A stretch of DNA of 51,152 nucleotides from Clostridiales bacterium DTU064. GTDB taxonomy: Bacteria > Bacillota > Clostridia > Oscillospirales > CAG-272. Below are positions 31,068 through 38,562 of the stretch, one piece after another; the first letter of the stretch is position 1, and the number at the start of each line of letters is the position of its first letter. Under the pieces are notes generated by a model. It was not told the origin of the DNA. It saw only the letters and a program-made list of their open reading frames with translations, and ran no database searches. The stretch covers positions 300 to 51,451 of the forward strand of contig LFTK01000058.1 in NCBI GenBank assembly GCA_001513385.1, written 5' to 3'. The position numbers and the translations under genes were made by a program.

Positions 31068-32360
31068 ATGATATGCAATAATATCTCAGTTAACGAAAAA
31101 GGACATCTCACCTTTGCAGGGCAAGACACTACCCTTCTTGCTGAGCGTTACGGAACGCCACTTTATCTGCTTGATGAAGACAGAGTTCGCGAAAACTGCC
31201 GTACTTACGTCCGTTCACTGAGCGAAAACTTCTCTGACTCCCTCCCGCTTTACGCAAGCAAAGCACTTTGCTTTAAGAAAATATATAATATAGTAGCCGA
31301 CGAGGGCATGGGCATTGATATCGTTTCATCAGGGGAACTTTATACTGCTGTAAAGGCAGGTTTCCCTATGGAGCGCGCTTATTTCCACGGCAATAATAAA
31401 ACTCCGTATGACGTTGCATTTGCAATGGAGCATGGCGTCGGATATTTTGTCTGTGATAACCCATCAGAGCTTAAACTAATCGATAACGAAGCAGCAAGGC
31501 GAGGAATCCGCCAGAAAATTCTTCTCCGCTTAACACCGGGAATAGATCCGCACACGCATAAAGCGATAACAACAGGCAATATTGACTCAAAATTCGGCGA
31601 AGCAATTGAAACAGGACAAGCTGAAGATTTCGTTGCCGCAGCACTTTTGTGTAAAAATATCGATGTACGCGGATATCACTGCCACATCGGCTCACAGATA
31701 TTTAATGACGGGCCATTTTCGGCGGCGGCTATAAAAATGCTGAGGTTTTCCGCTATAATAAAAAGAAAGTATGGCTTTGAAGCGCCGGAGCTTAACCTCG
31801 GCGGTGGATTTGGCGTGCGTTACATCGAACAGCACCCGAAAATCGACTGTGCGGCTGAAATTAAGAAGCTGGCTGTTACAATCAAAAATACATGTGCCAC
31901 GCTTGGTCTGCGCGAACCAAAGATACTGATGGAGCCAGGTCGGAGCATTGTTGCCGACGCAGGCATGACGCTTTACACCATCGGCTGTGTAAAAGAAATA
32001 CCGGGGTTTAAAAATTACGTATCAGTTGACGGTGGCATGGCGGACAACCCCCGGTACGCCCTTTACCAAGCTGAATATACTGCTTACATCGCCAACCGTG
32101 CGGCACAGAGAGGCAACTTTGTCTGCACGATTGCAGGCTGCTGCTGCGAAAGCGGCGATATAATCGGGGAGAATTTTGTTCTGCCGAAGCCCAGCCCCGG
32201 TGACATACTTGCCGTTTGTACCACGGGCGCATATAACTATTCGATGGCGTCAAATTATAACCGATTGCCACGCCCGCCGATTGTAATACTCCGTGGCGGT
32301 GAGTCTTATATCGGCGTCAAGCGTGAAACATTTGATGACCTAATCGCAAACGATGTATAA
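31068..32360 (+). CDS. lysA: diaminopimelate decarboxylase
   Basis: 430 aa with YASKA (PLP Lys), HCHIGSQ, EPGRS..A and CESGD motifs. Confidence 0.95.
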   Translation: MICNNISVNEKGHLTFAGQDTTLLAERYGTPLYLLDEDRVRENCRTYVRSLSENFSDSLPLYASKALCFKKIYNIVADEGMGIDIVSSGELYTAVKAGFPMERAYFHGNNKTPYDVAFAMEHGVGYFVCDNPSELKLIDNEAARRGIRQKILLRLTPGIDPHTHKAITTGNIDSKFGEAIETGQAEDFVAAALLCKNIDVRGYHCHIGSQIFNDGPFSAAAIKMLRFSAIIKRKYGFEAPELNLGGGFGVRYIEQHPKIDCAAEIKKLAVTIKNTCATLGLREPKILMEPGRSIVADAGMTLYTIGCVKEIPGFKNYVSVDGGMADNPRYALYQAEYTAYIANRAAQRGNFVCTIAGCCCESGDIIGENFVLPKPSPGDILAVCTTGAYNYSMASNYNRLPRPPIVILRGGESYIGVKRETFDDLIANDV

Positions 32361-32370
32361 AACAATGCAT

Positions 32371-32403
32371 AAAAAGACGCGGCGGTTCCGCGTCTTTTTT
32401 TTT
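32371..32403. terminator. bidirectional rho-independent terminator shared by the dap-lys operon and the convergent hydrogenase locus
   Basis: aaagacgcgg / ccgcgtcttt is a 10-bp stem with a 5-nt loop, an A-run on the left and a 9-T run on the right. Confidence 0.9.
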
Positions 32404-32417
32404 ACTTATTTGCTTTA

Positions 32418-32969
32418 TTAATCAGCCAGCTTATGCTCACGGCTCACACTTCCGTCGCATACCCGGCGCCATGTGAAGGTGCCGTCCTCGTATATGATAT
32501 AGCTGTTCTCAGAATCAGACTTTGGAATTGAGACAGAACCGGGGTTTATATAAAGTACCCCTTCTCTTTCGGTGCATTCCGGGACGTGTGTATGCCCAAA
32601 GAGAAGCACCGTTCCGGGTTGAGGCTCGGGCACAAGCGACGGGTCGTTTGCATGACCGTGCACCGCATACATGACACGCTTTCCATCATAGATGACAGCA
32701 TAGCTGGCCATTATGGGAAAGTGCAACATAAGAGTGTCAACTTCCGCATCACAATTACCGCGAACAGCGATTATTTTTGACGCTTCTTCGTTGAGAAGAC
32801 TGGCGACTTCTGCCGGTGCGTAGTCGCGCGGGAGCGCGTTACGCGGCCCGTGATAGAGTATATCGCCGAGAAGCAACATATGTGTTGCGCCTGACTCGCG
32901 AAAATGCTCAACTAAAAGCTTACAAAAGTACGCTGAACCATGCAGGTCAGAAGCTATAAACAGTTTCAT
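32418..32969 (-). CDS. YfcE/MJ0936-family metallophosphoesterase
   Basis: MKLFIASDLHGS...LLLGDILYHGPRN...RGNCD...HGH...GHTH are calcineurin-like phosphoesterase motifs. The start is set at 32969. Confidence 0.8.
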   Translation of the reverse strand: MKLFIASDLHGSAYFCKLLVEHFRESGATHMLLLGDILYHGPRNALPRDYAPAEVASLLNEEASKIIAVRGNCDAEVDTLMLHFPIMASYAVIYDGKRVMYAVHGHANDPSLVPEPQPGTVLLFGHTHVPECTEREGVLYINPGSVSIPKSDSENSYIIYEDGTFTWRRVCDGSVSREHKLAD

Positions 32970-32993
32970 GTCACACTCTCCCACCTTTTATTC

Positions 32994-33257
32994 TTACTTT
33001 ATTGCTTCGCAGGCCGGCAGAACCTTCTCACGGAAGAAATTGCGCGCTTTATCGGCTGTTATTGTGTACTTCGTACCGTTAAGCGACACAGAAACACCGG
33101 GCTTTGAGCAGTTTTTCATGCAGAAATCAGCGTGGAAATCGATCTTGTCGTGCAGGTTATACTCCTCGATCAAATGTGTAAATGACTGAACGACGTTATA
33201 TGCGCCGGCGAGGTGACAAACGCTACCTATGCATACCGAAAGATCAACCATTTCCAT
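32994..33257 (-). CDS. small thioredoxin-like [2Fe-2S] ferredoxin (HydD-like accessory subunit)
   Basis: About 87 aa with four Cys in the CIGSVCH...CMKNC pattern. The start is set just after the hydA stop (ATG 33257), since the longer track ORF would overlap hydA. Confidence 0.6.
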   Translation of the reverse strand: MEMVDLSVCIGSVCHLAGAYNVVQSFTHLIEEYNLHDKIDFHADFCMKNCSKPGVSVSLNGTKYTITADKARNFFREKVLPACEAIK

Positions 33258-33261
33258 TTTC

Positions 33262-34965
33262 TCAACCCTCATCCTTTCCATGTGAGCAGCAACCGTAATG
33301 AACGTGAAGCAGCTCGTGAACACGCCCCTTGAGTATGCCGCTGTAAAGCGACATCATGAGCGGGTTTTCCTCAGAACGTCTGATACCGGATACGCGGTCA
33401 GCAGCATAAAGGCCTTCCCCGCGCTCACGGCGGCCACGCATTGAAGCAAGCGGCTGTCCGGCTCCGTTTACACAACCGCCGGGGCAAGCCATAACCTCAA
33501 CAAGGTCAAAGTGTTCGCCATTTTTAACGCGCTCGATGATCTTTTCTGCATTATGAAGACCGCTGACAATAGCAATGCGAAGTGTTTTATCGCCATACGG
33601 GAGTTCTAATTCTTTGATTCCATCCATACCGCGAACGCCGGAAGCGGCAGTCGCCGTGAGCGACGCGCGTGACTTGTCAGTTGTAACGCGGCGAAGAACA
33701 GCTTCGGTTACGCCACCCGTTACACCAAATATAACACCGGCGCCGGACATAGTGCCAAACGGCATATCAACGGCCTCGGGTTCAATCTCATCAAAGATGA
33801 TACCGGATTCTTTTATCATTCTGACGAGCTCCTGCGTCGATATAACGGCGTCAACATCCGGTTTGCCATCACGCTTGAATTCAGGGCGTTCGGCTTCAAA
33901 CTTCTTTGCTGTACACGGCATGACAGCCACGTGGAAAAGATCTTTTGACGAATGTTTGCTTTCCTCTTTTAGTATTGATGCAAACATCTGCATCGGGGAG
34001 CGGCAAGTCGAAACATTCGGCATAAGCTCGGGATACTTTCTTTCTACAAAGTTTATCCATGCCGGGCAGCATGAAGTAAAGAGCGGGAGCTTTTCACCGG
34101 ATTCAAGCCTACCTATAAACTCTTCGGATTCTTCAAGAACCGTCAGGTCTGCAGCAGTCGATGTGTCATAAACCTCATCAAAACCGATTCTGTGCAGAGC
34201 GGCAACGATTTTACCCATCGCGTTGTCGCCTTCCTTCATGCCGAATTCACGGCCGAGAGCAACGCGGACAGCCGGTGCTATCTGCACGGAAACCTTTGTG
34301 TTGCCGGAACGCAGAGCAGCCCATACGCGGTCGGTATCGTTTCTTACAGTAATTGCTCCTGTCGGGCAAACAGCCGCACACTGACCGCAGCCAACGCAGG
34401 GAGATTCGGAAATCGGCTTATTAAACGCCGTGCTTATTCTCATCTTCGAGCCACGGTAAGCGTAATCTATTGCACCGACGTTTTGAATTTCGTTGCACAT
34501 GCGTACGCAGTCACCGCAAAGTATGCACTTGCTGGGGTCGCGCACGATGCAGGGTGATGAAGTGTCACGCTTTTGCTCAGGGGCAGTGTTCGGGAAGCGG
34601 ACACCCTCAATATTAAAGCGTATAGCAAGCTCCTGCAGTTTGCAGTTTCCGCTCTTTTCACATGTTGTGCAGTCACGGCAGTGGTTTGCAAGCAGAAGCT
34701 CAAGAATCATCTTGCGATATTTGCGAAGACGCTCGGAATTTGTCTTTATAGACATACCGGGACGGGGCGGCGTTGAGCAAGCAGCTTCAAGCACACCGCG
34801 TTCGTTTTCTACCATGCACATACGGCATGCGCCGTATACGGAAAGTTCGGAATAATAGCAGAATGTCGGCATGCTGATACCGACTTTACGGATCAGCTCA
34901 AGTAGATTCTTTTCGTTCCCGATTTCTACCGGGATGCCGTCAATAGTCATTGTTGCTCGGCTCAT
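33262..34965 (-). CDS. hydA: [FeFe]-hydrogenase catalytic subunit HydA (NADH-linked multimeric / bifurcating type)
   Basis: 567 aa with an N-terminal 2Fe-2S domain, a NuoG-like His-ligated cluster and two 4Fe-4S motifs. H-cluster motifs are FTSCCPAW, MPCTAKKFE and EVMACPGGCVNGAGQP. Confidence 0.93.
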   Translation of the reverse strand: MSRATMTIDGIPVEIGNEKNLLELIRKVGISMPTFCYYSELSVYGACRMCMVENERGVLEAACSTPPRPGMSIKTNSERLRKYRKMILELLLANHCRDCTTCEKSGNCKLQELAIRFNIEGVRFPNTAPEQKRDTSSPCIVRDPSKCILCGDCVRMCNEIQNVGAIDYAYRGSKMRISTAFNKPISESPCVGCGQCAAVCPTGAITVRNDTDRVWAALRSGNTKVSVQIAPAVRVALGREFGMKEGDNAMGKIVAALHRIGFDEVYDTSTAADLTVLEESEEFIGRLESGEKLPLFTSCCPAWINFVERKYPELMPNVSTCRSPMQMFASILKEESKHSSKDLFHVAVMPCTAKKFEAERPEFKRDGKPDVDAVISTQELVRMIKESGIIFDEIEPEAVDMPFGTMSGAGVIFGVTGGVTEAVLRRVTTDKSRASLTATAASGVRGMDGIKELELPYGDKTLRIAIVSGLHNAEKIIERVKNGEHFDLVEVMACPGGCVNGAGQPLASMRGRRERGEGLYAADRVSGIRRSEENPLMMSLYSGILKGRVHELLHVHYGCCSHGKDEG

Positions 34966-34967
34966 CG

Positions 34968-36851
34968 TCAGCCCTCCTTAATAGCATGGAACGGACATGA
35001 ATTGACACAAGCTTCGCATTTTATGCACTTGGACTGGTCAATCACAAATGGTTCCTTTATTTTACCTGATATTGCACCCACAGGGCATACACGCGAGCAC
35101 TTTGAACAGCCGCGGCAAAGCTCTGGGTTGATTGTTATCTTAATTAAGCTCTTGCACCTACCTGTCGGGCAAACGCCATTAACGTGTGCAACATATTCGT
35201 CGCGGAAGTACTGAAGCGTACTGCGGACAGGGTTCGGCGCTGTTTTGCCAAGACCGCAAAGCGCCGTCGAGATAATCATATCCGCAAGCTCGGAGAGTGT
35301 ATCAATGTCACTTTCCTCACCCTTACCTGCTACAATTCGCTCAAGTATTTCAAGCATACGCTTTGTACCTTCACGGCACGGCACGCACTTACCGCATGAC
35401 TCGTTTTGAGTGAAGTTCATAAAGAAGCGGGCAACTTCAACCATGCACGTATGCTCGTCCATAACGACAAGTCCGCCGGAGCCGATAATAGCCCCAACAT
35501 TTTTAAGCGAATCAAAGTCAAGCGGCAGGTCAAGATGTTCCTTTGTCAAGCATCCGCCTGACGGCCCGCCGATCTGAACAGCTTTAAATTCAGCGCCACC
35601 GCGGCAGCCGCCGCCGATGTCATATATAATTTCGCGGAGCGTCGTACCCATCGGAACTTCAATAAGTCCGGTGTTTTCAATATTTCCTGTCAGCGCGAAT
35701 GCCTTTGTACCTGTATTGTTCGGACTGCCGTATGATGAGAACCATGCGGCACCGCGGTTGATTATCTGCGCGACGTTTGCATACGTTTCTACGTTGTTCG
35801 GTACTGTCGGCTTGCCAAAAAGCCCGCGCTCAACAGTCAGCGGCGGACGCACACGCGGGAATCCGCGCTCGCCCTCGATGGAGCTTATAAGTGCTGTTTC
35901 TTCGCCGCATACAAACGCACCTGCGCCACGGTTGATGTGGATTTCAAAATCAAAGCCTGAACCTAAGATGTTTTTACCAAGCAAACCAATTTCTTTTGCC
36001 TGATTTATAGCATTTTTGAGTCTGTTAACCGCCATCGGATACTCGGCGCGAACATAAATATAGCCTTCAGTTGCACCTGTCGCAACGCCGGCAATGAGCA
36101 TACCCTCAATAACCCTATGCGGGTCGCCTTCCATAATGCTTCTGTCCATGAAGGCGCCGGGGTCGCCCTCGTCACCATTGCAAAGGATATATTTCTGATC
36201 AGCCTGCAGCTTGCGAACGGTTTCCCACTTGATACCAGCCGGGAAGCCGGCGCCGCCACGTCCGCGTAAACCGGACGCCTTGATTTCAGCGACGATTTCG
36301 TCACCGGTCATATCGAATAAAGCTTTTTCAAGAGCTGAATAACCGCCGACAGCTATGTATTCGGTTATAGATTCAGCATCTATATGGCCGCAGTGTTCAA
36401 GAACAACTCGCGTCTGCTTTTTGTAAAACGGGACATCTTCCTGACGCGGATATATCTGACCGTTTTTACGGTACGCAAGACGCTCGACAAATTCACCGCC
36501 TATAATTGTCTTGTCAATTATTTCTTCACAGTCCTCAATCTTTACTTTTGTATAAAGCCAGCCTTGAGGCTCTACCCTTACAAGCGGTCCCATTTCGCAG
36601 AAGCCGTGGCATCCGCATCTCTTAAGACCAACAGTCTCGTCATGTGCTTCAAGTTGAAGCTCGACTGAGTAAGGAAGCCCCTTTTCCTTCATGAGCTCGG
36701 AAAGTCTTTCATATATCTTGAGTGAGCCGCCGGCTACGCAACCTGTACCGGCACATACAAGCAATTTTCTTTTCTGTGCTTCGAGCGCGCTCATAGCAGC
36801 TTCGCGATATGAGTCAAGCTCGGCTCTCGTCTTAAGTATTTGCAAGTTCAA
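34968..36851 (-). CDS. hydB: hydrogenase NADH/FMN-binding subunit HydB (NuoF-like)
   Basis: 627 aa with an N-terminal thioredoxin-like 2Fe-2S domain, GRGGAGFP FMN/NADH motifs, ESCGKC.PCREG and two C-terminal CxxCxxCxxxCP motifs. The TTG start is ambiguous (36851 or 36845). Confidence 0.92.
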   Translation of the reverse strand: MNLQILKTRAELDSYREAAMSALEAQKRKLLVCAGTGCVAGGSLKIYERLSELMKEKGLPYSVELQLEAHDETVGLKRCGCHGFCEMGPLVRVEPQGWLYTKVKIEDCEEIIDKTIIGGEFVERLAYRKNGQIYPRQEDVPFYKKQTRVVLEHCGHIDAESITEYIAVGGYSALEKALFDMTGDEIVAEIKASGLRGRGGAGFPAGIKWETVRKLQADQKYILCNGDEGDPGAFMDRSIMEGDPHRVIEGMLIAGVATGATEGYIYVRAEYPMAVNRLKNAINQAKEIGLLGKNILGSGFDFEIHINRGAGAFVCGEETALISSIEGERGFPRVRPPLTVERGLFGKPTVPNNVETYANVAQIINRGAAWFSSYGSPNNTGTKAFALTGNIENTGLIEVPMGTTLREIIYDIGGGCRGGAEFKAVQIGGPSGGCLTKEHLDLPLDFDSLKNVGAIIGSGGLVVMDEHTCMVEVARFFMNFTQNESCGKCVPCREGTKRMLEILERIVAGKGEESDIDTLSELADMIISTALCGLGKTAPNPVRSTLQYFRDEYVAHVNGVCPTGRCKSLIKITINPELCRGCSKCSRVCPVGAISGKIKEPFVIDQSKCIKCEACVNSCPFHAIKEG

Positions 36852-37323
36852 GTTCCTCCCTCAGAGTTTTAATCAGTTCTGACGCTTTATCCGGCGTCAT
36901 CGCGGGATGGACGACATCATTTACCGTAATGACAGGTGCAAGCCCGCACGCGCCAAGGCATGATACAGTCTCAACTGTGAAATTGAGGTCATCTGTCGTC
37001 TTCTTAGAGGCCGAAAGGCCAAGCTCCGAGCGAAGTCTCTCAAGTATCGGGATTGAATTTCTCACGTGGCATGCTGTGCCGTCGCAAACCTTTATTACGT
37101 ATTTTCCCTTTGGTTCAAGAGAAAAGTTTTCATAAAACGTTGCAACGCTATATGCCTTCGCTTCGCTCACACCGAGCTTTTCTGCGATACGCGGAAACAC
37201 CTCCCTCGGTATATAGTGGTAGTGCTCCTGGATTTCCTGCAATATCGATATAATCGCACGCGGATTGTGTCCGTTTTGTTCGATTATTTTATCGACTACA
37301 GTGAAATCGAACTGTTTCGACAT
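36832..37323 (-). CDS. hydC: hydrogenase subunit HydC (NuoE-like [2Fe-2S])
   Basis: 163 aa, ...ISILQEIQ..Y.YIP......IA..LGV...K.Y.VATFY..F...PKGKY.I.VC.GTAC...CLGACGLAP. Confidence 0.92.
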   Translation of the reverse strand: MSKQFDFTVVDKIIEQNGHNPRAIISILQEIQEHYHYIPREVFPRIAEKLGVSEAKAYSVATFYENFSLEPKGKYVIKVCDGTACHVRNSIPILERLRSELGLSASKKTTDDLNFTVETVSCLGACGLAPVITVNDVVHPAMTPDKASELIKTLREELELANT

Positions 37324-37335
37324 ATAAATCCTCCA

Positions 37336-38562
37336 TTAAAAATAATTGACCTTAATTTTTTTACCCATTTCCTCAAGACATCCGATTAGCTCCTCGACAA
37401 GCTTCATTTTTATGCTGAATCCGATCGGAAGATCCGGGTTTTGATGAGCAGGGTTTACAGCAGTTCCGATAAAGAAATTTATATCTGTTGCATCTTCAAA
37501 GAGCATACGCGCTACAAGCGAAGCTCCGTCTTTTTTATAGCTCCATTTTTCATATGAGCTGTTATCTAAAAGGTAATTTTTCGCATATTCAAGCACACGG
37601 CTGATTGTTATAATTCCCTCGGTTACAAGGTCCACCCCTTCGATTTCCGCTGTCGGCGGTATATCAGGATCGTGGTAGACGAGCTTTGTTTTTATAGGCT
37701 TACCGAGGTATTCCGCAGCAATACTCGATGTCGTACCTCCGCATATGATGTGCTTGCCTTCACGCGAGAAAAACAAAGACATCATGCGCTCGCAGTCGTC
37801 CGGGTTTCTGGGCGGCCCGATACAGATATTTATCTGCAAACGCTCGCGGATTCTCACAGCGCACACCGTAGCATCATCGCCTACGTTGCCGTTATAAAGA
37901 CGCATCGTTTCCGCTGAAAGTATCGTTGCAAGTGTTTTTGCCGTAAAGTTGGCTTTTGTGTAAGGTGCCATAAACGCCGCTATGTCTTTGCGTCCCCAGC
38001 CGAAGTTGTACGACACACCGACACCGGCATGTTCGATTCCGTCGCTTATTAAAAGATAAACATCGTCTTTTTCAAGTGTCAGTTCGGAATAGCGTATCGA
38101 CTTACCGTCGATTATCCTTGTTTCATACGGGAATTCGACCATTTTGCCGCCGCGAAGAAGTATTACACCGGGATTATCGTACTGTATGATACGTGTTTTC
38201 CCGTCAGATGAAATATGCATTATTGTAAAAGTCGAGTATGCAATACCCCGGACAGAGCAGACCGGCAGTGTAGCCGTAATTGTCGAAACAGCCTCAGACA
38301 GCGGAAGCCCCGACGCTATCATTGTTGATATAATTCTCGAGGTCAGTGTCGATAAAATGTTTGCTTTTACTCCGCTGCCAAGTCCATCGGCTAAAACAAT
38401 CACGGTTGACGTGTCATCCGTGCTGCGTACAACCTCAACATTGTCTCCGCAAAGCTGCTCTCCGGTGTGACATAAGGATACGAAACCGACATCAGCAAAT
38501 AGCTGTGCTATTTTTTTGTCTTTATTTACTTGTGTCTTGATCGTATCCGTCCTTATGTTCAT
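37336..38562 (-). CDS. SpoIIE/PP2C-family serine phosphatase with an unassigned C-terminal domain of about 165 aa
   Basis: 408 aa with CGDNVEV, LADGLGSGVKANILS, ISDGIEHAG and GDDATVCAV (PP2C metal-binding Asp motifs). AAGGAGA RBS. The 5' end overlaps hydS by 41 nt. Confidence 0.85.
   Translation of the reverse strand: MNIRTDTIKTQVNKDKKIAQLFADVGFVSLCHTGEQLCGDNVEVVRSTDDTSTVIVLADGLGSGVKANILSTLTSRIISTMIASGLPLSEAVSTITATLPVCSVRGIAYSTFTIMHISSDGKTRIIQYDNPGVILLRGGKMVEFPYETRIIDGKSIRYSELTLEKDDVYLLISDGIEHAGVGVSYNFGWGRKDIAAFMAPYTKANFTAKTLATILSAETMRLYNGNVGDDATVCAVRIRERLQINICIGPPRNPDDCERMMSLFFSREGKHIICGGTTSSIAAEYLGKPIKTKLVYHDPDIPPTAEIEGVDLVTEGIITISRVLEYAKNYLLDNSSYEKWSYKKDGASLVARMLFEDATDINFFIGTAVNPAHQNPDLPIGFSIKMKLVEELIGCLEEMGKKIKVNYF

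Noticed and set aside
33258-33323. N-terminal extension of the small 2Fe-2S ORF (track start at 33323)
   Set aside because: It would overlap the last 20 codons of hydA in another frame. An in-frame ATG right after the hydA stop gives a compact, non-overlapping gene.
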